Shown in pieces: positions 7,100 through 17,204 of a stretch of DNA of 64,000 nucleotides. The first letter of the stretch is position 1. Each line of letters opens with the position of its first letter. The notes under the pieces are model-generated. The model searched no databases. It was not told the DNA's origin and worked only from the letters and a program-made list of their open reading frames with translations. Position numbers and translations under genes: made by a program. Source of the stretch: Rikenella microfusus (GTDB lineage Bacteria; Bacteroidota; Bacteroidia; Bacteroidales; VadinHA17); the NCBI GenBank assembly GCA_022736275.1, contig DZBJ01000004.1, forward strand, positions 73 to 64,072. Direction: 5' to 3'.

Positions 7100-7630
7100 T
7101 TATATTGTCTTATTGATGAGCTGAAGTGTATACTCTGTCTCAAATCCCTGGTTGACTCTTATCCACTCTTTTCGTGTGGCGCAAAGTTCAAAGCCATGGT
7201 GTCTGAAGAGGTTCAGGCTCTCACTGTTGCCTTCAATGATATTGCACCAGAGCTGGTGGAGGTTTATGGTTTCAAAGGCATATCTGATGATGCAGTTCAG
7301 TGCTGCTGAGGCATAACCTTTCTTTCTCTCCCCGGGGTCGGCTATCAGGATACCCACGCCGGCCCTCATGTGAAAATGATCAAAATCGTACAGGTCAACC
7401 GTGCCTACCGTCCTGTTCCCCGGCATCACATCTATCATCAGCCTCAACTGGCATGTCTCAAACAGGCTTCGGTGGGAGCTGGCTATGTATCTTCTGAGGG
7501 TGTATCTGGAGTATGGAACAAGAGTGTTGCTTCCTTTCCAGTCAGCTTCCTCGTTTTCCCATTTGTAAAGGAGCTCAAGGTCTTCCGGCTCAACGGCCCG
7601 AAGCCTGACTCCGTCACTTTCCAGAATCAT
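7100..7630 (-). CDS. GNAT family N-acetyltransferase (RimJ/RimL-like)
   Basis: LRAVEPEDLELLYKWENE.., with the acetyl-CoA motif region GERKKGYASAAL. It overlaps the upstream PD40 gene by 17 nt. Confidence 0.7.
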   Translation of the reverse strand: MILESDGVRLRAVEPEDLELLYKWENEEADWKGSNTLVPYSRYTLRRYIASSHRSLFETCQLRLMIDVMPGNRTVGTVDLYDFDHFHMRAGVGILIADPGERKKGYASAALNCIIRYAFETINLHQLWCNIIEGNSESLNLFRHHGFELCATRKEWIRVNQGFETEYTLQLINKTI

Positions 7631-9260
7631 TCCTGTACACTTTCTTCACGAAGATGTCATTGGGATATCCCAGCCTGAGCAGCCTGCCCAGCTCCTCGTA
7701 TGCTGTCATCTTGGTATTGAAACGGCCGGTTGTGTACCTGTAGAACCTGTCATTGCGGTTATAGAACACCGCTATTTCTGCATATTCAAAATAGGCAGGG
7801 TCAACAGGGTTATACAACGCCATCACCTGCACAGTATAGTAGAGTACTTCAGGGTCGATCTCTTCGTCAGAGTCAGAGACATCTCTCAGCATCAGATCAG
7901 TTATAAGCAGTGAAGTATCTACCTGCGTGAGGTATGGCAGATCTGCGGGGTCAAAGCTGATGGTCACAGTGTCTCTGGCCCTGTCAGCCGGAGGATTGAA
8001 AGTTACCAGGGTGATGTCTTTCTTCTTATAGCCTGTCATTATGGAATAGAATCCGAAAGCACCGTTCATGAAAGGCTGAAACCCGATGTTGTCATCGGTT
8101 GTGCTGACGGGATAGCCGATATTAACCGGATTGGTCCATTGTCCGGCTGCCAGTCTGGAGAGGAAGATGTCATATCCGCCCATAGAGCCGTGGCCTTCGG
8201 AGCTGAAGGTAAGCGTATTGCCGTCGCCTGAAATAAATGGAGTCTCTTCATTATACGGAGTATTCACCACATTCCCGAGATTCAACGGTATACCCCAGTC
8301 GCCGGTGTTGTCCTTTTCCGACACCCAGAGGTCAAGCTCTCCCAGTCCTCCTTCACGGTTTGACGTGAAATAGAGTTTTTTGCCGTCGGAAGAGATTGCG
8401 GCGTGTGATTCGTAAAACCTGGTATTGATGTTCTTGTTGAGTTTCTCAATGACGGACCACTTTCCGTTTACAAATCTGGTGACATATAAATTGCCGTCAT
8501 AGTTGTCATTTTTGAAGAGGTAAAGCTCCGTACCGTCACTGCTGAGTGAAGTCGTATGGCAGTCCGTCCCCATGGATGTTTCAAGGGTTATGTCCTCAGG
8601 TGTGTCCCAGGTGTCACCCACCCTCCGTGTCACATATACCACGCTCTCAAGACCCCTTCGTTCGGTATAGGCCATCGTGCTGCCGTCATGGCTCACCACC
8701 GGTCTGTCATTCACAGAGCCCTGGTTGATATACTCCTTGAGAGGCTGGATAAGAACATTAACCGGTGCATTCATCTGTATTGATGCGATATTGCAGGCCT
8801 GTATCTGCTGGTTGACGAACTCCGGGTTCTGCATCTCGACAGACACCGAAATAAGCTGTTTGAAAAAGCGGTAGGTATTCAGGGCACTGTCAAGCCTGTT
8901 GGTAATCCTGTAGGCATTGGCCAGTGAGAAGTAGGCATCGAGCGGGGCTCTCATCTCCTTCAGTTTTCCTGTTTTGGAGTCATAGCTGGTATTCCTGACT
9001 GCCTCCTCAAGGAAGGGTATGGCTTTGGGCTTCTCATCAAAGATGTTCAGGTAGCAGTTGCCTATTTTGTATTTGATATTGGCATTGCCTGGTATCAGAT
9101 CATTGAGCATCAGATAGAGAGGGTTGGCAAGCTCATATTCGCCAAAGAGATAATGAGATTCGGCCTCCAGCCATATCTCCTTAAGCTCGCTCTTCTTCTG
9201 TGCACTCAGCGGTGCCATCAGAAGCAGCCCGGTCATAATAATTATTCCCCTTATTCTCAT
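7614..9260 (-). CDS. periplasmic TPR + PD40 (TolB-like beta-propeller) protein with a C-terminal SPOR-like domain
   Basis: Signal peptide. TPR segment KYKIGNCYLN..APLDAYFSLANAYR. PD40 repeats SSDGTELYLF, SSDGKKLYFTSNREGGLGELDLW and GNTLTFSSEGHGSMGGYDIF. The C-terminus YYTVQVMAL..FYRYTTGRFNTKMTAYEELGRLLRLGYPNDIFVKKV fits the SPOR pattern. Confidence 0.65.
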   Translation of the reverse strand: MRIRGIIIMTGLLLMAPLSAQKKSELKEIWLEAESHYLFGEYELANPLYLMLNDLIPGNANIKYKIGNCYLNIFDEKPKAIPFLEEAVRNTSYDSKTGKLKEMRAPLDAYFSLANAYRITNRLDSALNTYRFFKQLISVSVEMQNPEFVNQQIQACNIASIQMNAPVNVLIQPLKEYINQGSVNDRPVVSHDGSTMAYTERRGLESVVYVTRRVGDTWDTPEDITLETSMGTDCHTTSLSSDGTELYLFKNDNYDGNLYVTRFVNGKWSVIEKLNKNINTRFYESHAAISSDGKKLYFTSNREGGLGELDLWVSEKDNTGDWGIPLNLGNVVNTPYNEETPFISGDGNTLTFSSEGHGSMGGYDIFLSRLAAGQWTNPVNIGYPVSTTDDNIGFQPFMNGAFGFYSIMTGYKKKDITLVTFNPPADRARDTVTISFDPADLPYLTQVDTSLLITDLMLRDVSDSDEEIDPEVLYYTVQVMALYNPVDPAYFEYAEIAVFYNRNDRFYRYTTGRFNTKMTAYEELGRLLRLGYPNDIFVKKVYRNDSGK

Positions 9261-9317
9261 GTCACTGTTTGAGTCAAAATTAAGTCTTCCGGAGCATTGT
9301 GTGATTGTCAGACAGCA

Positions 9318-10613
9318 TTATTTGAACCTTATCCTGTAGATATCAGCTTTTCCGGCTCCGTCCTCCCTGGCTGACAGAGACATATAACCAGCCTTTCCTC
9401 CCTCTGAAGGGAAGAAGAAGATGTTATCGTCAGGATTGTTGAGAGGATAACCCAGGTTGACCGGTTTGCTCCACAGGCCGTTATACTGCATGTCACTGCG
9501 GAAAATATCGTATCCGCCCATGTTGTAATGCCCCTGAGAGGCAAAGAAGAGAGTAGTGCCGTTCTTGATCAGGAAAGGACGGTCATCATTGAAGGGTGTG
9601 TTTATCTCCGGCCCCATGTTGACTGGTTTGCCCCATTCGCCATCCTCTCCCAGCTCTGAGATAAACAGATCAAGTCCGCCGAAGCCTCCCGGCCTGTCGC
9701 TCGAAAAAATCATTGTTGAACCGTCTTCGGTGATGTAGCCATGAGCTTCCCAGTATTTCGTGTTGATCTCCTTCTTAAGCTTACGGGCAGGTTCCCACCT
9801 TGATCCGTCAAAGCTGCTCATCCATAGGTCGCTGTTTATGTTGTCATCCTTTGACAGCAGCATCAGGTCTCCTGAAGCTGAAAGGAATGAGACGTAATGG
9901 TCGCCGTCAGACTGCAGTTCGGGGGTTATGTTGACGGGAGGTGTCCATTGGTTCCTGACCATACGGGTGAACATAATGGCGTCGTAGAATTTCATTGAGG
10001 TCATGAAGGCCATCGATTTGCCATCGGCGGAAAATACAGGGAAGAAGTTGATGTTATTGTCATTGATAATCGGGTCAACTGTCTCCACGGTGAACTTCAC
10101 CGGTGAGGCCATCAGTGCCGGTGCATTGTTGCATGATGCTATCTGCTGGTCAACATACATGATGTTCTCAATATCAAACTCGAGGAGTGTCTCACGATAT
10201 TCTGAATATGCCTCCCTGGCCTTTTCAAACATATAATTTATCCTGTAGGCGTCTCCGAGAAAGAACAGTGCTTCGTAGGGCGCGTCAGTCTGCCTGAGGG
10301 AACCTTCGCGGTATTTGGCAGTGACCTTCTGCGATGCCCGCTCGAGGTATTCAATAGCCATGTTCTTGCTGCCGTCGATGTTGAGGTAACAAAGTCCGAT
10401 ACGGAAAGCGATGTTCGCATTTTCAGGCATGGCGGTATAGATTCCCTGGTAATATGGAAGGGCATCGGAATAGTCTCCTCTCATAAGAAAATACTCGGCC
10501 TCATAAAAGGCTTCCTGTATTCTGAGGTTGTCTTGTGATCGGGCAGTGCAAACTGTTGACAGTATGAACAATAAAACCGCAAATCTCTTCATTTTCATTA
10601 TGTTATTGATCAT
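9318..10613 (-). CDS. periplasmic TPR + PD40 beta-propeller protein (paralogue, no extra C-terminal module)
   Basis: Signal peptide (the true start may be MKMKRF at 10598). TPR segment AFRIGLCYLN..APYEALFFLGDAYR. PD40 repeats SADGKSMAF, TEDGSTMIFSSDRPGGFGGLDLF and GTTLFFASQGHYNMGGYDIF. Confidence 0.65.
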   Translation of the reverse strand: MINNIMKMKRFAVLLFILSTVCTARSQDNLRIQEAFYEAEYFLMRGDYSDALPYYQGIYTAMPENANIAFRIGLCYLNIDGSKNMAIEYLERASQKVTAKYREGSLRQTDAPYEALFFLGDAYRINYMFEKAREAYSEYRETLLEFDIENIMYVDQQIASCNNAPALMASPVKFTVETVDPIINDNNINFFPVFSADGKSMAFMTSMKFYDAIMFTRMVRNQWTPPVNITPELQSDGDHYVSFLSASGDLMLLSKDDNINSDLWMSSFDGSRWEPARKLKKEINTKYWEAHGYITEDGSTMIFSSDRPGGFGGLDLFISELGEDGEWGKPVNMGPEINTPFNDDRPFLIKNGTTLFFASQGHYNMGGYDIFRSDMQYNGLWSKPVNLGYPLNNPDDNIFFFPSEGGKAGYMSLSAREDGAGKADIYRIRFK

Positions 10614-12714
10614 TATCGTCTTTTTTCCTTTTTCTTCTCTTCCATATAAGGAAGAAGATTATCAGTGCCATAGCCAGAACGAGCCACCAGAGCCAGCAGT
10701 ATCTCCCCGGCTCAGGTTCATCTGACGGCAGTGTCACGGGGCCTTCGGTGGATGCAGCAACGGCTGAGCTGTCACTTATGGCGGTCGTTTTTCCCATACT
10801 CTCCACCGCTGATTCGCCGGCGGGTCTCACAGAGATCTCGCGATAGAGGGGTTTTTCGGGTCTTGAGGGTAAATCGTGACGGTTTACCCTGACAACTGCC
10901 CCTGTATCATTTCCGAAACGGTCTGTAAGGTGAAAGCTGATTATGCTCTCACCCTCCTGCGGCAGGAAGGTGTAGGTGAATGTCGAATCCGTAATCCTGA
11001 AAAGCTCTACCGCAAGCAAAGAGTCTGGAGGCGACACTCCGACATCAAGGATGGACATCTCTTCAGCGATAAGGTGAATGAATAAAGGCTCTGCAGAGCT
11101 GACTTCCAGCAGGGTGTCTGACAACAGCCTGAGGCGGGCTGAGAAATCTGTCTCACTGAGCACCACGGCTTCAATCTTTACGGTGTCACTCGCGTAATCG
11201 ACCGGCATCTCATGGATCTTCGAAATTGACTCCGCGTCGTCAGCTTCATAGGTAAAACTATAAGCTCCCTGGGGCAGCCTGAAATAGAAAAGGCCGGTGA
11301 CAGGGTTGGTCAGTGCCGTGATCACCCGCCCGGCATCAGCGTTGCTTACAGCGGTGACGCTCACTGGCTGAGGAAATTCATCCAGGAGGTTGCTGACTAT
11401 TGCCCGTCCTGTCACGAAGAAGTTGCGTGGATTGAGTTCAGAGTAGATGTCGCAGCTTAAAATATCCATCCTGCCCTGTCCGTCATCGGCAAACCTCGAG
11501 TAGTAGCCACGCTCGCCCTTACCCAGAGGCATGAAAAAGATGTTGTCATCGGTTGTGTTGAGAGGGTAACCTGCGTTTACGGGAGCGCTCCACCGTCCAT
11601 TTGCATCGAGATCAGAACGGAAGACATCATAGCCACCCATGTTGAAATGACCCCTGGAACTAAAGAAGAGGGTTCGGTCATTGTTCGCCAGGGAAGGCGT
11701 ATCCTCATTATAAATGGTGTTAATTTCCGGACCCAGGTTGGCAGCCGGGCCCCAGTCTCCTGTGCTGTCACGTTCCGCAACGAAAATATCAAGTCCTCCG
11801 ATGCTCTCGCGTCTGTTGCTGGTGAAATAGATCTTGCGGCCGTCACGTGTCATCGTTGCATGAGATTCCCAGTATTTTGTGTTTATGTTGCCGTTGAGCT
11901 TTTCAACCTGGCTCCAGGTGTCGCCCACCAGGCTGCTGCTGTATATATTCCCGTCGTAGGTGTCAATCCGGTACAGCAGCATCGTGCGGCCATCGGGTGA
12001 AATCGACGAAGTGTAATAGTCCTGGTCAATGCCGAGTTGCGGAGTCAGGTTCACCGGTTCAGACCATTTGCCGTCCGCTTTGGTTGACCAGAAGATGGCA
12101 TCATAAAACGGCAGTTCACGGGTGAAAAGGAGTGTCTTTTCGTCAGGCGAGATCACCGCATTGAATTCGGAGAACCGGTCGTTCACGGGACTGCCAAGGT
12201 TCCTGTCAACTACATATGCCGGCTTGCGCATCATCTGCCGGGCATTGTGGCAGGTCTGCATCTGGAACCTGACAAGAGCGGTGTCATACATCTCCGTGTC
12301 GACATCGTCAAGAAACAGTTCATAGGTGCTGAGGGCCCTGTCAAAGTCGTTACCTATCCGGTAGGCATTTGCCAGAAAGTAGAGCGCATCATACGGGGCG
12401 CCGGTCTCCTTCAGTTTACCGCGCCGGTAATCCGGACTGATATGCTGCACGGCTGTCTCCAGCCAGTCGATGGCTTTATCCTTTTCGCCCGGGGTGTTCA
12501 GATAACACTGACCGATTCTGAAATAGAGATTGTAATTTTCAGGATAGATCTGCAACAGGCTCAGGTATTTCGGGAGGGCTTCGGTATAATCTTCGAAAAG
12601 GATATCTCCCTCGGCAGAGACGAACAACTCACGCAGGTCGCTTTTTGACTGACCACCAAGAGAGACGGCGTACATCACAAAAAACAGACTGAGGATATAT
12701 TTAGCCCTTCTCAT
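10603..12714 (-). CDS. TPR + PD40 beta-propeller protein with a CarboxypepD_reg-like domain and a C-terminal transmembrane anchor
   Basis: Signal peptide. TPR segment YFRIGQCYLN..APYDALYFLANAYR. PD40 repeats SPDEKTLLF, SPDGRTMLLY, TRDGRKIYFTSNRRESIGGLDIF and DRTLFFSSRGHFNMGGYDVF. It also has FFVTGRAIV..GLFYFRLPQGAYSF. The C-terminal TM segment is YCWLWWLVLAMALIIFFLIW, followed by KRRKRKKDD. Confidence 0.65.
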   Translation of the reverse strand: MRRAKYILSLFFVMYAVSLGGQSKSDLRELFVSAEGDILFEDYTEALPKYLSLLQIYPENYNLYFRIGQCYLNTPGEKDKAIDWLETAVQHISPDYRRGKLKETGAPYDALYFLANAYRIGNDFDRALSTYELFLDDVDTEMYDTALVRFQMQTCHNARQMMRKPAYVVDRNLGSPVNDRFSEFNAVISPDEKTLLFTRELPFYDAIFWSTKADGKWSEPVNLTPQLGIDQDYYTSSISPDGRTMLLYRIDTYDGNIYSSSLVGDTWSQVEKLNGNINTKYWESHATMTRDGRKIYFTSNRRESIGGLDIFVAERDSTGDWGPAANLGPEINTIYNEDTPSLANNDRTLFFSSRGHFNMGGYDVFRSDLDANGRWSAPVNAGYPLNTTDDNIFFMPLGKGERGYYSRFADDGQGRMDILSCDIYSELNPRNFFVTGRAIVSNLLDEFPQPVSVTAVSNADAGRVITALTNPVTGLFYFRLPQGAYSFTYEADDAESISKIHEMPVDYASDTVKIEAVVLSETDFSARLRLLSDTLLEVSSAEPLFIHLIAEEMSILDVGVSPPDSLLAVELFRITDSTFTYTFLPQEGESIISFHLTDRFGNDTGAVVRVNRHDLPSRPEKPLYREISVRPAGESAVESMGKTTAISDSSAVAASTEGPVTLPSDEPEPGRYCWLWWLVLAMALIIFFLIWKRRKRKKDDNDQ

Positions 12715-12802
12715 TCGGGTGACTAGTTTACTTAAAGACTCTAATATAAGTGAAATATTGTTACAAGACGACAGGTGATCTGTCCCTTTTTAACAACAGG
12801 TG

Positions 12803-13666
12803 TCACTTTTTAATCAACCGTCTGAAGCGGAGCCGCAGTAATTCAGAGGTTTCCAGAAGGGTTACGCAGGCTCTGACAGGAAGGTGCCAGCCCCGGTGCA
12901 GGTGGTTAACGGCAAAGATCTTCATAGCCCCGTAAAAGTGCCTGATGGAGCCTTCCCTGTCGCTGATGGCGCTTCTGCCTTTATAATGAATGATTCGAAC
13001 GTCAGGGAGGTAGTAGTTGAAGTATCCGGCTTTCCTTATCCGCCAGCTCATGTCGATATCTTCACCGTACATGAAGTAGGCGGTGTCAAAGAGGCCGGCT
13101 TTTTCCAGGGCCTCCCTGCGGATCATCATGAATGCGCCGGTGAGGATATCTGCCCTGCATATCTCATCATCAGGCTTCTGGCCGATATAATAGGCATTGA
13201 ACAATGCTGAACGCGGGAAGAGCCTGCCCAGGCCCGTGAATCTGAACAGTGATGTGAGAGGGGATGGGAAGCCCCTTTTTGACTCAGGCAGGAATCTGCC
13301 ATTGTCGTCTGTCATTCTTGCCCCGGCAGCCCCGGCATCAGGATGGCTGCGCATGAATGCGAGTGCATTGCCAAATGCGTTGCGATGCACAACAGTGTCA
13401 GGATTAAGGATCAGTATATAATCGCCTGAGGATGCCATGATGCCCTTGTTGCAGGCGGCGGAAAATCCTTCGTTGGCTGCGGAGACAATGAGCCTCACGG
13501 AGGGGAACTCCGTCTCCACCATCTGCGGCGAGCTGTCGGCTGAACTGTTATCGACGACAGTTATCTCATGGTTTATACCTTCAGATGCAGCTATTAATGA
13601 ACTGAGTGCCTGCCTGAGGTAATCACGGACATTGTAGGATACAATTATTACCGACAGCTCCATCAT
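12803..13666 (-). CDS. glycosyltransferase family 2
   Basis: The start was set at MMELSVIIVSYN, immediately after the upstream stop. Motifs include VVDNSSADSS, NEGFSAACN and ILILNPDTVV. Confidence 0.75.
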   Translation of the reverse strand: MMELSVIIVSYNVRDYLRQALSSLIAASEGINHEITVVDNSSADSSPQMVETEFPSVRLIVSAANEGFSAACNKGIMASSGDYILILNPDTVVHRNAFGNALAFMRSHPDAGAAGARMTDDNGRFLPESKRGFPSPLTSLFRFTGLGRLFPRSALFNAYYIGQKPDDEICRADILTGAFMMIRREALEKAGLFDTAYFMYGEDIDMSWRIRKAGYFNYYLPDVRIIHYKGRSAISDREGSIRHFYGAMKIFAVNHLHRGWHLPVRACVTLLETSELLRLRFRRLIKK

Positions 13667-13668
13667 TT

Positions 13669-14880
13669 TCAGGAAGCCATCTCCTCCCTGATGGCTTCGG
13701 CCAGCCTTCGCACCCCTTCGCATGTATCCTCCTTTCCGGAGTAGGAGAAGTTGATGCGCATGGTGTTATGACCTTCGTTGTTGCAATAGAAGACAGAGCC
13801 GCAGACGAAGGCGACATTCTTCTGCAGTGCCCTCTCAAGGAGCCTTCCAGCATCCATGGATGGAGGGAGGGTGACAAAGAGGAACAGGCCTCCGGAGGGC
13901 TCGGTCCATTTCACCCCTTCAGGCATGAATTCACGGAAGCATTTCAGCATGTGATCGCGCCTCTCGCGGTACAGGTCAATGGTCTTTTTCAGGTTGACAT
14001 CAAGCAGTCCTTTCTCAATGTACCTCGCCGTTATCTTCTGCACAAACAGCGGAGTGCAGAGGTCGGCTGCCTGTTTTGCCGTAACCAGTTTATCAATAAT
14101 GGCCGGGTGACCGGTGACCCATGCCAGCCTGAGCCCTGGAGCGAGGATCTTGGAGAAGGTGTTCAGAGTCAATACCCTGCCGTGGGTGTCAAGTGATGAC
14201 ATAAGCGGCTCAGGAGTACCCTCGAAACGCACGTCGCGGTACGGACTGTCTTCAACGATGATGAGGTCATGCCTCTCGGCGATGCGAATGATCTCGAGAC
14301 GGCGTGACCGGGGGAGCGTGACGCCTGAAGGGTTCTGAAAATCAGGTATTATGTAGATGAACTTGATAACGCTGCCATCGTTTTTCAGACTGATTATCGT
14401 CTTCTCAAGGAGATCAGGCCGCATGCCATGATCGTCAAGCGGTATGCCCTTAAGCCTGGCGCCATAGTTGGTGAAGGCATTCAGGGCTCCCAGGTAGGAG
14501 GGTAACCCGCAGAGGACGACATCACCACGGTTAATGAAGATCTTCCCGCATAGGTCAAGGGCCTGCTGTGAGCCCGTGGTGATGATAATACTCTCAGGCG
14601 ACAGGGTGAGACCGTCTCTCCTGTGACGTTCGGATAGGAGCGTACGGAGCTTCAGGTCACCCTCGGTGGTACCGTACTGGAGAGCTATCTTTCCCTCCTC
14701 GTCGAGCATCTCTGAGGTGATCTTTTTTATCTCCTCAATGGGAAAAGAGTCAGGCGAGGGAAGTCCGCCTGCAAAGGAGATCATCTCAGGCCTCTGGGTA
14801 AGCTTAAGTATCTCGCGTATTGCCGATTTCTTCATCAGATGAGATGCATCCGAGAAGAACCTGTCAAACGTCTCTGTCAT
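13669..14880 (-). CDS. PLP-dependent aminotransferase, class I/II (2-aminoadipate/aromatic aminotransferase-like)
   Basis: ISFAGGLPSPDSFP, TTGSQQALDL and FSKILAPGLRLAW (PLP lysine region). Length is 403 aa. Confidence 0.75.
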   Translation of the reverse strand: MTETFDRFFSDASHLMKKSAIREILKLTQRPEMISFAGGLPSPDSFPIEEIKKITSEMLDEEGKIALQYGTTEGDLKLRTLLSERHRRDGLTLSPESIIITTGSQQALDLCGKIFINRGDVVLCGLPSYLGALNAFTNYGARLKGIPLDDHGMRPDLLEKTIISLKNDGSVIKFIYIIPDFQNPSGVTLPRSRRLEIIRIAERHDLIIVEDSPYRDVRFEGTPEPLMSSLDTHGRVLTLNTFSKILAPGLRLAWVTGHPAIIDKLVTAKQAADLCTPLFVQKITARYIEKGLLDVNLKKTIDLYRERRDHMLKCFREFMPEGVKWTEPSGGLFLFVTLPPSMDAGRLLERALQKNVAFVCGSVFYCNNEGHNTMRINFSYSGKEDTCEGVRRLAEAIREEMAS

Positions 14881-15006
14881 CAGTTCTTGATTTTTATCAA
14901 ATTAAGCAAGATTTTCAGAATAAAAAAATGACAGTGCCCTATTTTACTTTTAAAGGAACGGGCTTTGTAACTCAGCGCGGCGTGTCAGTGGCTGAACAAA
15001 GGGTAA

Positions 15007-15633
15007 TCAGGGACGGCCTGTCTGCAGTGAGAAGAGGCGGCGGTTGATGATTGACTGTCCGAGGGTGATCTCATCGGTATACTCCAGCACATCACCGATG
15101 GCCACACCGCGGGCAAGGGTGGTGATAACGACATCATAGCCTGAGAGACGCTTATAGATATAAAAGTTGGTGGTGTCTCCCTCCATTGTTGTGCTGAGTG
15201 CAAGGATGACCTCCTTTACGGAACCCTCCCGTATTTTTTCTTCAAGCTTAGCAATGGTAAGATCAGAGGGACCTATGCCGTCAACGGGTGAGATTATTCC
15301 ACCCAGGACATGATATAATCCCCTGAACTGCCTGGTGTTCTCAACGGCCATCACATCCTGCACGTTCTCAACCACACATATTACTGACCTGTCGCGCGAA
15401 GGATCACTGCATGTCTCACATACCGCCGTGTCGCTTATTCCGTGACATACGCTGCAGTAGCATACGTCTTCCCGCAGCCTGGTTATTGTCTCTCCGAAGC
15501 GGCGAACTTCTCCGCTGTCACGCCTGAGCAGGTGCATTACCAGCCTGAAGGCCGTCTTGCGGCCTATCCCCGGAAGTGAGGCAAACTCATTGACCGCCTC
15601 TTCTAGCAGTTTTGACGGGAAGCGTGCTGACAT
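15007..15633 (-). CDS. recR: recombination protein RecR
   Basis: [12 protein letters not shown] helix-hairpin-helix, a C4 zinc finger ([16 protein letters not shown]), and the Toprim region [10 protein letters not shown]. Confidence 0.9.
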   Translation of the reverse strand: MSARFPSKLLEEAVNEFASLPGIGRKTAFRLVMHLLRRDSGEVRRFGETITRLREDVCYCSVCHGISDTAVCETCSDPSRDRSVICVVENVQDVMAVENTRQFRGLYHVLGGIISPVDGIGPSDLTIAKLEEKIREGSVKEVILALSTTMEGDTTNFYIYKRLSGYDVVITTLARGVAIGDVLEYTDEITLGQSIINRRLFSLQTGRP

Positions 15634-15740
15634 TTAATCTGTTTGCGGCAAAAATAATTCAATATTTGCCGCAAACGCGACACCAACTTAATTTTTATCT
15701 CCGATCTTTTTATTATTCTTGCAGTCTTGTTCCCCGAGCT

Positions 15741-17204
15741 ATGACACCTGCACTCATCCTTCTGGTTTTTATCGCCTACACTCTGATGCTGTTCGGAGTG
15801 ACTTTCATTACCTCACGCAAGGCCAACCACCAGTCGTTCTACATCGGCAACAAGGTCTCTCCCTGGTTTGTTGTCGCATACGGCATGATTGGCGCCTCGC
15901 TTTCAGGGGTGACATTTATGTCAGTCCCCGGATGGGTAGGTGAGACCCAATTCTCATATATGATGGTAGCTTTTGGCTACTTCTTCGGCTACGTTGTCAT
16001 CGCACTGATATTGCTGCCCCTCTACTACCGGCTTAAACTCACCTCGATATACGGATACCTTGAACAGCGGTTCGGTTTTTGGTCCTATAAGACAGGTGCC
16101 GGATTCTTCATTATCTCCAGGGTGCTTGGCGCATCACTGCGCATGTTCCTTGTTATTAACGTACTGCAGATATTTGTATTCGATGCATGGAATATTCCTT
16201 TCTGGGTCAATGTGCTGATCTTCATAATACTGATTATCGCCTATACACTTAAGGGAGGCATCAGGACAATCATCTGGACCGATACCCTGCAGACCACTTT
16301 CATGCTGCTTGCCGTCATACTCTCGGTTGTTTACATCAGCAGGGAGCTCGGTGCTCCTGTTTTCACCCTCCTGAGTGACGTGTTTGACAGTGACATGTCG
16401 CGTATTGTCATTACTGACTGGGATCATCCGCGTCACTTTGTAAAGCAGTTCTTCAGTGGTATGTTCATTACCATTACTATGACCGGGCTTGACCAGGAGA
16501 TGATGCAGAAGAACCTGAGCATCAGGCGTCTCAAGGATGCCCGGAAGAATATGTTCACATTCAGTTCGATAAATGTCTTCGTGGTATTCATGTTTCTTGT
16601 TCTGGGTTCCTTCCTGGTGTTGTACGCAGCTGCCGAGGGCGTGAAGGTAGCCATGACTGACGATCTGTTCCCGACCATTGCCTTCAAATACCTGAGTCCG
16701 GCAGCTGGGATAGTATTTCTTGTCGGTCTGATTTCAGCTGCCTTCCCCAGCGCTGACGGGGCGCTTACCTCCCTTACAACCTCATTCAGCATAGACTTTC
16801 TGGGGCTGGAGAAAAACACTGAAATGCAGGATGGCAAAAAGACCAGGATCAGGTATTCTGTTCACTTTGGATTTGCCCTGATATTCTTCCTTTGTATTCT
16901 TTTGTTCAGGCAGATGAATGACAGGGCCATAATTGACAAGCTCTTTACTATCGCAGGTTATACTTACGGCCCTCTGCTGGGTCTTTACACTTTCGGTCTA
17001 TTCACAAAAAGGACCGTTAACGACAGGATAACGCCGTGGATCGCAATTTCCTCGCCGGTAATCTGTTACTTTCTCAGTATGTTTTCGGAGGAGCTCTTCG
17101 GGGGTTACAGGTTCGGGTTCGAGATGCTTCTGGTGAACGGTTTCCTGACCTTTATGGGTCTGTTGATATTCAGCCACAGGCCTGCTTCAAAGCCTGCCGC
17201 CTGA
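15741..17204 (+). CDS. sodium:solute symporter family transporter
   Basis: The start was set at MTPALILLVF. It is a polytopic membrane protein of ~13 TM segments, with FYIGNK..SPWFV and GGIRTIIWTDTLQ motifs. Confidence 0.75.
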   Translation: MTPALILLVFIAYTLMLFGVTFITSRKANHQSFYIGNKVSPWFVVAYGMIGASLSGVTFMSVPGWVGETQFSYMMVAFGYFFGYVVIALILLPLYYRLKLTSIYGYLEQRFGFWSYKTGAGFFIISRVLGASLRMFLVINVLQIFVFDAWNIPFWVNVLIFIILIIAYTLKGGIRTIIWTDTLQTTFMLLAVILSVVYISRELGAPVFTLLSDVFDSDMSRIVITDWDHPRHFVKQFFSGMFITITMTGLDQEMMQKNLSIRRLKDARKNMFTFSSINVFVVFMFLVLGSFLVLYAAAEGVKVAMTDDLFPTIAFKYLSPAAGIVFLVGLISAAFPSADGALTSLTTSFSIDFLGLEKNTEMQDGKKTRIRYSVHFGFALIFFLCILLFRQMNDRAIIDKLFTIAGYTYGPLLGLYTFGLFTKRTVNDRITPWIAISSPVICYFLSMFSEELFGGYRFGFEMLLVNGFLTFMGLLIFSHRPASKPAA

